A DNA stretch of 64,000 nt from a candidate division WOR-1 bacterium RIFOXYB2_FULL_36_35 (GCA_001771505.1 MEUA01000023.1:2346-66345); one strand, 5' to 3'. Numbered from the stretch's first letter, positions 28,775-39,795 are shown. Notes: generated by a model not told the origin, from the letters alone. A program made the numbers and translations.

Positions 28775-30391
28775 TTAATCAATAATTGCAATTTTCCCTA
28801 TCTTTTTTACACCGGAACCTCCTATGAAATAAATATAAATGCCTCTTGTAACCCAAGCTCCTGATGAATTTTTACCGTTCCATGTCCAACTTGCCCCTCC
28901 GGTTAATGTCGTTGATGTTACAAGATTCCCTGAAAGCGTATATATACTTATTCTTTCGTCTCCCGACAAACCTTCAAAAACAACACCAGAAGAAGACCCT
29001 GCTGTGTATGGATTTGGATAAGCATATATCGTTTTAGTTGTCGATTCTTGGGTAGAAGAAGATCCAAAACTTAAAGCCGCATAGACGTTTATTTTGCCAG
29101 AGCCATAGTAAGGATCCCATCCCGCAGTTCCTAAATCATCAGCAGAGCTCACAATTTTATTTATAACCTGAGAGTTTGCCCATGTGGAATTTTGAGCAAA
29201 AATCAAGGAGGCCAACCCTGATACAAAAGGAGTTGACATAGAGGTTCCATAACTGTACGCATAAGCATTCCCTTTATAAGTGCTAAGTATATTGCCTGAA
29301 TTTGAACTCCCTCCATCTCCTCCCGGAGCGCAAACATCAACAGATTCATTATAAGTTGAAAAAGACGAACGGTTATTATCAGGACCTATTGAACCTACGC
29401 CTATAACATTTTCATAAGAAGCTGGATATTCAACTGTGGGATCTCCATCATTCCCCGCTGCGGCAACCAGAACACATCCTTTGTTATATGCGTATTGCAC
29501 AGCCTCATTCATACTATCAACAAATGAATATGATCCCAAACTCATGTTTATAACTTTTGCGCCGTTATCGGCTGCGTATCTTACCCCGTCTGCCGTAATA
29601 TCAACAAAACCCATACCTCTGAAATTAAGGACTCTGACAACCATAATTTTACTATTCCAAGAAACGCCAGCAACTCCCTTGCCGTTATTTGTCACTGCCG
29701 CGGCTATTCCGGAAACATGTGTACCATGGCCATCTAGATCTGAAGGATCATTGTCTGAGGCAAAAAAATCCCATCCTTCCCAATCATCTATATAACCGTT
29801 CCCGTCATCATCAATTCCGTTGTTTTTATTGCCAGCGCTCCCCTCAATAGGATTTATCCAGACCTTATCTTGCAAATCTTCATGGGTAAAATCTATACCG
29901 CTGTCAACAACAGCTATAATAACGTCAGAATTCCCTTTGGTTATATCCCAACCATCATTTGCATGAATTAAAGGCAATCCCCATTGTTCATAATAATATG
30001 GATCATTGGGCGTTACAGAAAGTTTGTATAAAGCAAAGTTTGGTTCCGCATATTCAATTAATGGATTTTTATTATAAGCATCTACTATGTCTTTGAGCGA
30101 AGAATTTTTGCTTTCGTCAGCAATCTTTAAGAGTTTTATTTTTTTATTGGAAAGTGTTCTAACAATTTTTAGGTTATTTTGAGAATTAAAAGTATTAATG
30201 GATTGTATAGAAATTAAATCCTTGTATTTTACCAATAACTCCCCTTTTGCAACATCAACATATCGTCTTATCCTTTTATCAAAAAACTTTTCTGTCTGTT
30301 TATTTTCATAAGAAAGATCGTCAGCGTAAGCAAAAGAAAACAAAACAGAGAAAAAACAAGATAATACAAAAAAAAATACTTTTATTTTCAT
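28775..30391 (-). CDS. Secreted subtilisin-like S8 serine peptidase with T9SS type-A C-terminal sorting domain
   Basis: D/H/S triad contexts 'AVVDSGID', 'HGTHVSG', 'GTSMSTP'; C-terminus 'YPNPYTAG...ISIYTLSGNLV...GIYIYFIGGSGVKKIGKIAIID'. Confidence 0.8.
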   Translation of the reverse strand: MKIKVFFFVLSCFFSVLFSFAYADDLSYENKQTEKFFDKRIRRYVDVAKGELLVKYKDLISIQSINTFNSQNNLKIVRTLSNKKIKLLKIADESKNSSLKDIVDAYNKNPLIEYAEPNFALYKLSVTPNDPYYYEQWGLPLIHANDGWDITKGNSDVIIAVVDSGIDFTHEDLQDKVWINPIEGSAGNKNNGIDDDGNGYIDDWEGWDFFASDNDPSDLDGHGTHVSGIAAAVTNNGKGVAGVSWNSKIMVVRVLNFRGMGFVDITADGVRYAADNGAKVINMSLGSYSFVDSMNEAVQYAYNKGCVLVAAAGNDGDPTVEYPASYENVIGVGSIGPDNNRSSFSTYNESVDVCAPGGDGGSSNSGNILSTYKGNAYAYSYGTSMSTPFVSGLASLIFAQNSTWANSQVINKIVSSADDLGTAGWDPYYGSGKINVYAALSFGSSSTQESTTKTIYAYPNPYTAGSSSGVVFEGLSGDERISIYTLSGNLVTSTTLTGGASWTWNGKNSSGAWVTRGIYIYFIGGSGVKKIGKIAIID

Positions 30392-30404
30392 CTTATTTGT
30401 ATCC

Positions 30405-30965
30405 TTATTTATTAATAAGCGCCAATGCTTCTGCTTTTGTGGTGGAATTTTTTCTAAATATTCCCCTTACTGCGGAAGTAACGGTTATTGATCCCGGTTT
30501 TTTTACCCCTCTCATTGACATACAAAGATGTTCCGCTTCTATTATGACAAGGACACCCTGAGGCATTAACTTTTGCATCAAAGTATCCGCTATTTGGCTT
30601 GTGAGATTTTCCTGAACTTGGGGACGTTTTGCATAACCTTCTATTACTCTAACAAGTTTTGACAATCCTGTAACGTTTCCTTTTCTGGGGATATAAACAA
30701 CATGAGCTTTTCCTACAAATGGGACAAAATGATGTTCACAAATAGAGTAAAACGGAATATCTTTTACAATAATCATCTCTTCATGCTGTCCTTGCTTGAA
30801 AATTTTTAAATGCTTGGAAGGATCTTCTTGAATGCCCGAAAAAATTTCAGAATACATTTGTGCAACTCGCTTAGGAGTCTCTTTTATCCCTTCACGGTTT
30901 ACATCCTCTCCAATGGCAAGCAAAATTTCCTTCACAGCTTTTTCTATCCGTTTTTTGTTAATCAT
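30405..30965 (-). CDS. folE: GTP cyclohydrolase I
   Basis: 'CEHHFVPF' and 'HLCMSMRGV' signatures. Confidence 0.9.
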   Translation of the reverse strand: MINKKRIEKAVKEILLAIGEDVNREGIKETPKRVAQMYSEIFSGIQEDPSKHLKIFKQGQHEEMIIVKDIPFYSICEHHFVPFVGKAHVVYIPRKGNVTGLSKLVRVIEGYAKRPQVQENLTSQIADTLMQKLMPQGVLVIIEAEHLCMSMRGVKKPGSITVTSAVRGIFRKNSTTKAEALALINK

Positions 30966-31040
30966 TAATTAAATTATATATCAATAACACAATGAAATCA
31001 TCTTGAATTTTCACACTATTTCATGTAGGAAGATTATAAG

Positions 31041-32606
31041 TCAGAATAATCCTATAATATCGCCCTCTTCTGTTATATCCATCTTTTCAGCCGCAGGATG
31101 CTTTGGAAGTCCGGGCATTGTCATTATATTTCCACAATATGCGACAATAAAACCAGCCCCAGCAGAGGGAGATAATTCTCTGACTACTATTTTATAATTA
31201 CAGGGGCGTCCGCACAGTTTTGGATCGTCACTTAAAGAGTTTTGTGTTTTGGCTATGCAAACAGGCAAATTAGAATATCCTGATTTTTCTAGAAATTTAA
31301 GGTCATCTTTGGCTTTATCCGAAAAAATAGCGCCATCTGCGCCGTAAGCCTTTTGTGCAATATGCTCTATTTTTTTATCTATGGACTCTTCTAGTCCATA
31401 TAAATACCTTAATTCAGACTTTCTTTCACAGGCATTAAGAACAGCCTTTGCCAGAGTTATTCCCCCTTCCCCACCCCTATTCCACACATCAGATATAACC
31501 ACATCAACTCCCAATTTTTCACAACGGCCTTTTAATTCATCTAAAATTTCATCGGAATCATTCTCTTTTTTGTTGATTGCAATAAGAAAAGGAAGATTAA
31601 AAAGCCTCAAAGTTTCAACATGTTTTTTTATATTTTCAATTCCGTGGACAATATAGGCTTGATATGTTACAACTAAAACAACCGCGTTTGGCTTTAATCC
31701 TCCTTGGCGGCACTTAATGTCAAAAAACTTTTCTGCTCCCAACTCCGAACCAAAGCCGGCTTCTGTAACTACATAATCAGCAGATTTTAGCGCAAGTTTT
31801 GTTGCTGTCATAGCATTACAGCCATGGGCAATATTTGCAAAAGGGCCCCCATGAACAAAAGCAGGGATACCTTCAATACTTTGCACAATATTAGGTTTTA
31901 AAGCATCTTTTAGCAACAAAGCCATAGCTCCTTGAGCCTTAAGTTCGTAGACTAAGGCGACCTCCCCATTTTTTTTATACCCTATTACAATTTGAGCCAA
32001 CCTGTTTTTCATGTCAGTTAAATTTTCAGAAAGGCACATTATCGCCATGATTTCAGAAGAGGCTGTAATTGAAAAACTTCCACGGAGTGCACGATCATTC
32101 ATGTCCATAACACGATTCCAGACAATTCTGTTTTCATCTAGCATTAAGTCGTTCCCTTGATAAATGTGATTATAAATCATGGCGGTTAAAAGGTTGTGAG
32201 CTGCTGTTACATTGTGTATATCTCCTGTAAAATGAAGGTTGATTTCTTCCATCGGTAAAACTTGTGAATATCCTCCCCCTGCCGCGCCCCCTTTCATCCC
32301 CATAACAGGCCCAAGTGAAGGTTCACGAATACAAATAAATGTTTTTTTCTTGATTTTTTTTAGCCCCTGGGCTAAACCGATTACAGTTGTTGTTTTCCCT
32401 TCTCCTTGAGGAGTTGGTGTAATAGTAGTTACAAGAATTAACTTTCCATCTTTTTTGTTTTGAAGTCTTTTTAACGCGGATAAATTTATTTTTGCCTTAT
32501 ATTTGCCGTAATTTTCTATCTCTTCATTTTTAAACCCTGCTCTTTTGGCAATTCTATCTATTAATTCTATTTTTGATTCCTGGGCTATTTCAATGTCTGA
32601 TTTCAT
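31041..32606 (-). CDS. fhs: Formate--tetrahydrofolate ligase
   Basis: 521 aa; 'PTPQGEGKTTTVIGL' P-loop and FTHFS-wide similarity. Confidence 0.9.
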   Translation of the reverse strand: MKSDIEIAQESKIELIDRIAKRAGFKNEEIENYGKYKAKINLSALKRLQNKKDGKLILVTTITPTPQGEGKTTTVIGLAQGLKKIKKKTFICIREPSLGPVMGMKGGAAGGGYSQVLPMEEINLHFTGDIHNVTAAHNLLTAMIYNHIYQGNDLMLDENRIVWNRVMDMNDRALRGSFSITASSEIMAIMCLSENLTDMKNRLAQIVIGYKKNGEVALVYELKAQGAMALLLKDALKPNIVQSIEGIPAFVHGGPFANIAHGCNAMTATKLALKSADYVVTEAGFGSELGAEKFFDIKCRQGGLKPNAVVLVVTYQAYIVHGIENIKKHVETLRLFNLPFLIAINKKENDSDEILDELKGRCEKLGVDVVISDVWNRGGEGGITLAKAVLNACERKSELRYLYGLEESIDKKIEHIAQKAYGADGAIFSDKAKDDLKFLEKSGYSNLPVCIAKTQNSLSDDPKLCGRPCNYKIVVRELSPSAGAGFIVAYCGNIMTMPGLPKHPAAEKMDITEEGDIIGLF

Positions 32607-32653
32607 TATTAATAAATTCTATCACTCTAGCAAGCTTGGTTCAATATTATATA

Positions 32654-34387
32654 TTACAGATCATCTCGTTGTCTGCGTAAATTCCTTGAAGTTGGATTAA
32701 AACCCTCATCTTCTGGCCCGGAGTTCTTTAATTCTTCTGCGCGATAATCTGAATCTCCATCTGGATTTGGGTTAAGGTCATCTTCAGCCTCTTGTGCCTC
32801 CTCTTCCTCCCCATCGCCTAAAACTATTGTAGTATCATCAAAAGTGCCTAACTCAGTTGGGGTTATATCTGTATCATATATTAACGCTTCTGCATCAATT
32901 TCATCATCCTCGGCTTTTCCCTCTTTTTCCGCATCCGTTTTTACTTCGAGGATTTCATGCTTTTCTCTTTGCCTAAGTATGGTACTCAAGTAATAAAAAA
33001 GCCTTTGATCAAATGTTGAATCAACACCTCGCAACAATGATAAATTTGCAGCTTTTACCATAGAATCGATCAATTCGTTATCTTTCTCAAGACTGTAAAA
33101 AATGTCTGCTGCCGCAAAAAGGCTTTCTATATCACCTTTTATCATATATTGTTCTGCAAGCCTTTCTTTTGCAATAGAATACAAAGCTGTATTTTGCCTG
33201 TTATAAGCCTCAGCCAATAAAACATATGTAGCAAAACTTCTATATCCTAAATCGATTAAAAACTTTAAAGCAAATGTAAAATCCGTAAAAAACTTTACGG
33301 ATTTTTTGTCTGTCCATTCATGAATTGTAGGTTCGTTTAATAAAAATTGCTCATGAGAAAGCGATGGATTTACTTCTAAAGCTTTATCAAAAAAGCGGAT
33401 AGATCTGTTAAATAAAGCTGTAAATTCGTGATTCTCATCTAACTTACATCCTTCATAAATTCTTAAGGCTAAACAAGCAAAGATTGTCCCGCTCAAAAGA
33501 TATGAGTTTGTTAAATCTTTTTTTTCTGAAAAATCATCCTCCGCTAAGATTATTCCTTTTGACTCATTTTCATCAATAGACTGTGCGTGATATTTCAAGA
33601 GCATCTTATTTAATAATGCTAATGCTTCTTCAAGGTTTTCTTCTTTTAATTTTTGTATAATAGCCCATTTTTCAAGTAAATATTCTAAATCAATTTCTTT
33701 TCTTTCATGAAGATCAAAACTAGGTGATAATTCCTTGGCCTTTAAAAATGCTCTCATGGCTCTTCTTAGTAATCTTAATGAATTTGTAGACAACGCTTGT
33801 TTGTAAAAGATTACTCCAATTTTATAATGCTTTTCAGATGCTTTTTCCATGTTGTCACATTTTTCATAAATTAAAGCTGACGAATAAAGGATAAAAATAT
33901 CATCTTCTGGAAGAATATCATTTGCCAAGCTCAGAGATCTAAATGCTTCTTCTTTGTTTCCTAATGAATATAATGCTTCCGCCGCGTCTGCTAACTTATG
34001 GGCTGTATTTACGGCTTTTTCTTTTTCTCCTTTACTCAAATAAGCTCTTCCTAAACCAAAAAGAGCATCCACATGATAAGGTTGTATTTTCAAGACTTTT
34101 AAGAAAGCAACAATTGCATGATCATATTCTTCTGTTATAAAAAAAGCCAGAGCTTCTCGATATAACCTGGAAGAAGGAGGGGTCAATGTTGTAGAAGATT
34201 TAGCTGTTAGGGGTATTGCATGTGGTGAAGGCTGCACAACTTTCTTCCTTGCCCAGCCACCATCAGGGACTAAAGTTACTAATCCGTTATCTTTCCTTAA
34301 AGTTTTTTCTTTAAGAAAAGATCTTAATCCAGGAACTAATAAAGTAACAAAAACCATTGCTCCCTCCCTTAATAGCAGCTTCGGCAA
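32654..34387 (-). CDS. TPR-repeat protein with acidic C-terminal tail
   Basis: Multiple TPR-like helices; C-terminal D/E-rich tail. Confidence 0.5.
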   Translation of the reverse strand: MPKLLLREGAMVFVTLLVPGLRSFLKEKTLRKDNGLVTLVPDGGWARKKVVQPSPHAIPLTAKSSTTLTPPSSRLYREALAFFITEEYDHAIVAFLKVLKIQPYHVDALFGLGRAYLSKGEKEKAVNTAHKLADAAEALYSLGNKEEAFRSLSLANDILPEDDIFILYSSALIYEKCDNMEKASEKHYKIGVIFYKQALSTNSLRLLRRAMRAFLKAKELSPSFDLHERKEIDLEYLLEKWAIIQKLKEENLEEALALLNKMLLKYHAQSIDENESKGIILAEDDFSEKKDLTNSYLLSGTIFACLALRIYEGCKLDENHEFTALFNRSIRFFDKALEVNPSLSHEQFLLNEPTIHEWTDKKSVKFFTDFTFALKFLIDLGYRSFATYVLLAEAYNRQNTALYSIAKERLAEQYMIKGDIESLFAAADIFYSLEKDNELIDSMVKAANLSLLRGVDSTFDQRLFYYLSTILRQREKHEILEVKTDAEKEGKAEDDEIDAEALIYDTDITPTELGTFDDTTIVLGDGEEEEAQEAEDDLNPNPDGDSDYRAEELKNSGPEDEGFNPTSRNLRRQRDDL

Positions 34388-34402
34388 AAAGGGACTAGGA
34401 TT

Positions 34403-35548
34403 TCACTTTCTTTTTAAAAATCTCATAAGTATTTTGGGCTTTTTTAAAACTCCCATAAATACTGATCCAATTGTGGGATATGTCCTTGGGTTTGTTATCA
34501 GACTCCATAAAACAGATGAATGATTCTCAAAATCACCCATATTTTCAATTAATTGCGCATTATCTTTCACATATTCAAATACTTTTTTCAATACCTCTTT
34601 ATCAATGTTTTCCATCGTATATCGCATAAGCAAACACAATCTTATTTCCTTTCCAAATTCTTCTTCCCACTCACGTGCATAGGCTTTTAGATCTTCATTT
34701 TTAATGGCCCTAGCCAATATTTCGGCTGACTTTATGCCATAAAAAATACCGCCTGCAGTTATTGGTTTTACCTGACACGCGGCATCTCCTACTAAGGCGG
34801 CATTCTCTTTAACTAAGTCACATGTTCCTATAGGAACAGGCCCCGCGTTCTTTTCAACTATTTCACCTTTTATGTTACGATCAGCCATAAAACTTTCTAT
34901 CTCATGTATGGGATTATCAGATATAGTGCCTATTCTGACAATGTCGTTTCCTTCCGGAATTAACCACGTAAACAGAGAAAAAGGTTTTATGTAACTTACT
35001 TCAACACGATCTTTATCCGGAATTTCTTTTCTGATCCTGTATTGCAAACCTTTATATAGTTTTATGTTTTCATTTAGTCTTAAAAGTTTACGGACTCTGG
35101 AATATGGACCGTCAGCGCCTACTAAAATGTCTGCATAATACTCTCCGTTAGTAGTTATAACATTGTAACCTGCTCCCACTTTTTCTATTTTTTCTGCCTT
35201 AGTGTTAAATTCTATGTCTAATCCTTCGCTTAGGCTCTTATCAAATTCAGCCCTGTCGATAATATAAGCAACCGAAGGTCTTTTTAAAAGAAAAGCAGAA
35301 CCATTAAAAACGACTTTTGCACCGTCAATTTTGTTCAAAATGGATTTTTTGGGAACAGGGATAATGGTATCTGAAAAAACATCTTTCCCAACAATTCCGG
35401 CACATGAAACAGGACGCCCAACTTCAGAATGTTCCTCAAGTAAAAGAGGGTTAAATCCATAATGTTTTAACATTTGTCCCAAATAGCAACCAACAGGCCC
35501 TGCTCCAACAATTACAATTTTAGGAGGTTTATCATCTTTTTTTATCAT
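34403..35548 (-). CDS. FAD-dependent oxidoreductase, geranylgeranyl reductase family
   Basis: 'IVIVGAGPVGCYLG' dinucleotide fold; GG-reductase-like length and architecture. Confidence 0.6.
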   Translation of the reverse strand: MIKKDDKPPKIVIVGAGPVGCYLGQMLKHYGFNPLLLEEHSEVGRPVSCAGIVGKDVFSDTIIPVPKKSILNKIDGAKVVFNGSAFLLKRPSVAYIIDRAEFDKSLSEGLDIEFNTKAEKIEKVGAGYNVITTNGEYYADILVGADGPYSRVRKLLRLNENIKLYKGLQYRIRKEIPDKDRVEVSYIKPFSLFTWLIPEGNDIVRIGTISDNPIHEIESFMADRNIKGEIVEKNAGPVPIGTCDLVKENAALVGDAACQVKPITAGGIFYGIKSAEILARAIKNEDLKAYAREWEEEFGKEIRLCLLMRYTMENIDKEVLKKVFEYVKDNAQLIENMGDFENHSSVLWSLITNPRTYPTIGSVFMGVLKKPKILMRFLKRK

Positions 35549-35600
35549 AATAACAATAAAACATTATAACACAATTTTTTTTATGCTTTACTGCATATTA

Positions 35601-35668
35601 ACTAACCCGATTATCATAATCGAGGTTAGTTTCTGGTTTTACCTTGAATAATCAGGGTTAACTTTATG
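35601..35668 (+). repeat. Palindromic repeat element copy G (double-hairpin, degenerate)
   Basis: ACTAACCCGATTATCATAATCGAGGTTAG ... GAATAATCAGGGTTAAC. Confidence 0.7.
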
Positions 35669-36658
35669 TCGGGCTTTTTGATGTTCTTTCCAAGAAGTTG
35701 AGAAGATATGAGATCCATCTTTTTGGGCAACAAAAAAGAGATAATTTGTATTTTTGGGATGAATAGCAGCTTGAAAAGATTCTAATCCTGGATTACAAAT
35801 CGGAGTTGGGGGCAATTCTTTATTTTTATAAGTATTATAAGGTGAATTTATTCTTAATTGGCTTGTATATACCTTTTTTGTCGGTTGCTCAAGAGCATAT
35901 TTGATTGTAGGATCTGCGGCTAAAGGCATCTTTTTTTCCAGTCTGTTATAAAAAACAGAAGCTATTATCGGTTTTTCTCTTTCCAGCGCGGCTTCTTTTT
36001 CTATTATTGATGCCAATATTAAAGTTTTGTAAAAAGACAACTTTGCATCTTTTTTGTTCTCTTCCCAATAAGTCCATATAATTTCACTAAATCTCTTAAG
36101 CATTAATCTTGCCAAATCATTTGTGTTTATCTTTGAATCAAATATATAAGTATCAGGGAATAAAAAACCTTCAAGTGAATAAGAATCAACAAGCCTCAAA
36201 AAGAAAAAATTTTCTTGCTCATTTTTTGTGAGATTAGTATATGTCAATTCCCTGAAATCCTGGAAGTTTGAAACCCCCATCTTTTCCAAGATAGATCCCA
36301 TTTTATAAATTGATGTCCCTTCGGGAAACGTAACCCTAAGAGGTCTTTTCTCTATGGTTTTTCCATTTCTTAACTTTAGTAAAATTTCTATCAAAGCTGT
36401 ATTGGGTTTAAACTCATAGTTTCCTGCTTTTATTTTTTCTTGCATTAAAAGGAGTTTTAGCCCAATTTTGAATCCTGTTTTACTTCTTATAATTTGGCTC
36501 TTTGCAAGCATGTCTGATATAGTAGTTGCTGATGTCCCCTGTTTAATTTCAATGATTAAAGTTTTGGAGTTTTTACCGGTTTGTAGAAATAACGATATTA
36601 GGCTAAAACTCACAAATATAATAAAAATTATTGCTATTATCAATAAAGTTCTTTTCAT
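35639..36658 (-). CDS. mltG: Endolytic murein transglycosylase MltG (YceG family)
   Basis: N-terminal TM, YceG-like domain, 339 aa. Confidence 0.75.
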   Translation of the reverse strand: MKRTLLIIAIIFIIFVSFSLISLFLQTGKNSKTLIIEIKQGTSATTISDMLAKSQIIRSKTGFKIGLKLLLMQEKIKAGNYEFKPNTALIEILLKLRNGKTIEKRPLRVTFPEGTSIYKMGSILEKMGVSNFQDFRELTYTNLTKNEQENFFFLRLVDSYSLEGFLFPDTYIFDSKINTNDLARLMLKRFSEIIWTYWEENKKDAKLSFYKTLILASIIEKEAALEREKPIIASVFYNRLEKKMPLAADPTIKYALEQPTKKVYTSQLRINSPYNTYKNKELPPTPICNPGLESFQAAIHPKNTNYLFFVAQKDGSHIFSTSWKEHQKARHKVNPDYSR

Positions 36659-36680
36659 ATTTCTTGAAATATTGACCGGT

Positions 36681-37121
36681 TTATAAATTATTGTGATTTT
36701 CGATTCTTATACTATCCAAATATCCCTGCAATATTAAAACAGCCGCTGTTTTATCAATAATCTTGCGCCGTTTCTTTTCTGAAATATTTGCTCCCGCAAA
36801 AAATTTGTTCGCTTCAGCTGAAGTTAGTCTTTCATCCCACGTTTTTATTTCAATATTATTGAAATATTTTTTCAGCGCTTCGACAAATTTTAAGACTTCT
36901 TGCGCTGCAATCCCAATTTCTCCCGACATTTTCTTTGGCAACCCAACTACAATCTCTCTTATTCCTTCATATTTTTCAATAATTTCTTTGAGGTTTTCAA
37001 TATCATTTCTAAAGGTTTTGCCTTTTTCTAATGTGCTAATCCCCTGAGCTGTAAAGCCTAATGGATCACTCACAGCAATTCCGATTCTCTTTGTCCCAAA
37101 GTCAATGCCTAAAATTCTCAT
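36681..37121 (-). CDS. ruvX: Holliday-junction resolvase-like RuvX/YqgF
   Basis: 'ILGIDFGTKRIGIAVSD' RNase H-like start, 146 aa. Confidence 0.85.
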   Translation of the reverse strand: MRILGIDFGTKRIGIAVSDPLGFTAQGISTLEKGKTFRNDIENLKEIIEKYEGIREIVVGLPKKMSGEIGIAAQEVLKFVEALKKYFNNIEIKTWDERLTSAEANKFFAGANISEKKRRKIIDKTAAVLILQGYLDSIRIENHNNL

Positions 37122-37122
37122 T

Positions 37123-39795
37123 TTATTGATTTTGACTTATAATTTGCACAACATTTTCGATTGCTTTGTCGATTTTAGAAATATCTTTTCCTCCCGCTTC
37201 TGCTTTATTTGATTTTCCGCCACCACCACCACCACAAGTCAAGGATAAGATCTTGACTATTTTACCTGCGTTAAAACCTTTTTGCACAAGATCATCGGAA
37301 ATCATAACAAGAAATAAAACCTTATTTTCAACAGTAGAAGATAAAACAATTATCCCTGATTTTAAGGAGTTTATAAGTTCATCACCTATTATCCTTAAGT
37401 TGTTCATAGGAATCTCGCACAGTTTGGCAGATAAAAAATTAACGTCATTTATCTTTATAGTATTTGACAGGAGCAGTCCTGCCTCTTTTAGAGCTTTTTT
37501 TGCCTCAAGATCTTCTATCTCTTTTTTTAGATTTTTACTTCTATCTTTGAGCCAGCCAAGACGGCCTTCAAGATGTTCCAAGAATTTATTGACTTTGTAT
37601 ACGTCTTTCTCATTTACCGCTTTGATAAGGCTATCTATTTCTGTTTGTTCCACATCAAAAACAGAAGCTTCTAAAAACTTACCTCCACCCATAAAATCTT
37701 TCTTTGCTTGGAGTAAAAGATGCTGTCTCATAAGTTTATCTATTTGATCTTTCATGCTTTTACTTTTATAAATTATGAAAACTTTTGAAGTTTCCCCCGC
37801 TACTGCTTCAATTCTTCTAACCCCGGACTGCAAAGCTTCTTCTTTTATTATTTTAAATAAGCCCACTTCAGAGACATTTTTTACATGGCAACCTCCGCAA
37901 AGCTCACAGCTTACATCTTTTATTTCAACAACTCTTACTTTATCTCCATACTTTTCTGAAAAAAGGGCCATTGCTCCCATCTCACAGGCTTTTTTATAAG
38001 ATGTTTCAGCTTTGACAACTGCAAATTTCTTTTTTATCTTTTCATTTACGATCAATTCCACTTCTTCAATTTCAGAAGCAGCAAGAGCGCGTCCAAAAGT
38101 AAAATCAAACCGTAAATAATTCGGTCCTACATAAGATCCTGCTTGTTTAACTTCTTCTCCAAGGACTTGTCGCAAAGCAAAATGAAGAAGATGTGTAGCT
38201 GTATGGTGAACTGTTGTGCTTTGGCGTTTTCCGCTATCTACACAAACGTAAACCGTCATGCCTTCTTTTAAATTTTCAATGCTTTGCATTTTATGGAATA
38301 TTATGCCCCCGATTTCACCATAGGTATTTACAACTATTTGATTTTGTATTATTCCGGTATCCCCAATTTGTCCCCCACCCTCAGGATAAAAAGGTGTTTT
38401 ATCCAAAACAATAATATTATCTTCAGGAATAATAGATAGAATTTTTGCGTCGGTTTTAAGCTTATCGTAACCCAAAAACTTTGTTTTACCATATTTTTCT
38501 TTATATACAGCTTTTAACATTAAAAGATGTTCCTGCCATTTTTCATGTGAAGCTCTGGCTTTTGATTTTTGTTTTTCCATTAGAAAGTTAAATCCGTCTT
38601 TGTCGACAGAAAAACCTTTTTCAGCCGCAATCTCCAATGTGATATCAAAAGGAAATCCAAACGTATCATGAAGTTTAAAAACATCTTCCCCGTTAAGTTT
38701 TTTTGTCGATTCATATTTTACAAATAAGTCTTCAATCATCTGCATTCCATGTTCCAATGTTTGACAAAAACTTTCTTCTTCTGCTTCAACTGTTTTTTTT
38801 ATCAGGTTTGCTTGGGTTTTTAACATCGGATAAACATCTGACATCTGTTCTATAACAACATTGCAAAGATCGGGCAAAAAAGGAGATTTTATGTTAAGTT
38901 TTCTCCCGTGAAGGACTGCTCTTCGAATAATCCTTCTTAATACATAGCCTCGACTTTCATTGGAAGGTAAAATTAAATCCGATATGAGGTGCGTCATGGC
39001 TCTTGTGTGATCTGCTATTATTTTGGAAGAAAGACTTTTATTTGGGAGCTTCTTAAATATCGGAGCAAAAATATCTGTATCAAAATTATCTTTTTTATTT
39101 TGGAGTACCCTGGCAATGCGTTCCAGTCCCATTCCTGTATCTATGTTTTTTTTAGGGAGTATTTTTAAACTATTGTCGTTTTGGCGGTCATATTGAATAA
39201 AAACTAAATTCCAGATTTCCAGAAATCGTTCACAATCGCAGGCTGGATTACAATCCTTTTTATTGCATCCTGTGCCATAATCATAATAAATTTCCGAACA
39301 AGGTCCGCAGGGGCCTGTAGGGCCTGCAGCCCAAAAATTATTTTCTTCATCTAGTCTATAGATTTTATCTTTAGGTATTTTGATATCTTTTTCCCAAATT
39401 TGGTATGATTCATCATCTTTTTCGTATACAGCAACGACTAGATTGTTTTTATCTATGCCAAAAATATTTACTAGCAGATCCCATGCAAATTCTATTGCCT
39501 CTTTTTTAAAATAATCACCAAAAGAAAAGTTGCCGAGCATTTCAAAAAAAGTGTGGTGGCGCGTTGTAAGCCCTACATTATTGATATCATTTGTGCGTAT
39601 GCATTTTTGCGCGGTTGTCACCCTTTTATATTTAGCAGATTCTATGCCTAAAAATATAGGCTTAAATGGGAGCATTCCCGCAAGAGTTAAAAGAACCGTA
39701 GGATCTGAAGGGATAAGAGAATCAGACTGAAGATTTTCATGTCCTTTATTTATAAAATATTCAAGAAATTTTTTTCTTATTTCATTGCTATTCAT
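37123..39795 (-). CDS. alaS: Alanine--tRNA ligase
   Basis: 890 aa; class II catalytic core, editing domain 'HTATHLLH', C-terminal DHHA1 with GGGGG. Confidence 0.95.
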   Translation of the reverse strand: MNSNEIRKKFLEYFINKGHENLQSDSLIPSDPTVLLTLAGMLPFKPIFLGIESAKYKRVTTAQKCIRTNDINNVGLTTRHHTFFEMLGNFSFGDYFKKEAIEFAWDLLVNIFGIDKNNLVVAVYEKDDESYQIWEKDIKIPKDKIYRLDEENNFWAAGPTGPCGPCSEIYYDYGTGCNKKDCNPACDCERFLEIWNLVFIQYDRQNDNSLKILPKKNIDTGMGLERIARVLQNKKDNFDTDIFAPIFKKLPNKSLSSKIIADHTRAMTHLISDLILPSNESRGYVLRRIIRRAVLHGRKLNIKSPFLPDLCNVVIEQMSDVYPMLKTQANLIKKTVEAEEESFCQTLEHGMQMIEDLFVKYESTKKLNGEDVFKLHDTFGFPFDITLEIAAEKGFSVDKDGFNFLMEKQKSKARASHEKWQEHLLMLKAVYKEKYGKTKFLGYDKLKTDAKILSIIPEDNIIVLDKTPFYPEGGGQIGDTGIIQNQIVVNTYGEIGGIIFHKMQSIENLKEGMTVYVCVDSGKRQSTTVHHTATHLLHFALRQVLGEEVKQAGSYVGPNYLRFDFTFGRALAASEIEEVELIVNEKIKKKFAVVKAETSYKKACEMGAMALFSEKYGDKVRVVEIKDVSCELCGGCHVKNVSEVGLFKIIKEEALQSGVRRIEAVAGETSKVFIIYKSKSMKDQIDKLMRQHLLLQAKKDFMGGGKFLEASVFDVEQTEIDSLIKAVNEKDVYKVNKFLEHLEGRLGWLKDRSKNLKKEIEDLEAKKALKEAGLLLSNTIKINDVNFLSAKLCEIPMNNLRIIGDELINSLKSGIIVLSSTVENKVLFLVMISDDLVQKGFNAGKIVKILSLTCGGGGGGKSNKAEAGGKDISKIDKAIENVVQIISQNQ

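Noticed and set aside
37166-37747. 193-aa plus-strand ORF (and 37775..37999, 38214..38414) inside alaS
   Set aside because: Antisense shadow ORFs within a confidently identified alaS gene. Low-complexity translation with no independent signals.
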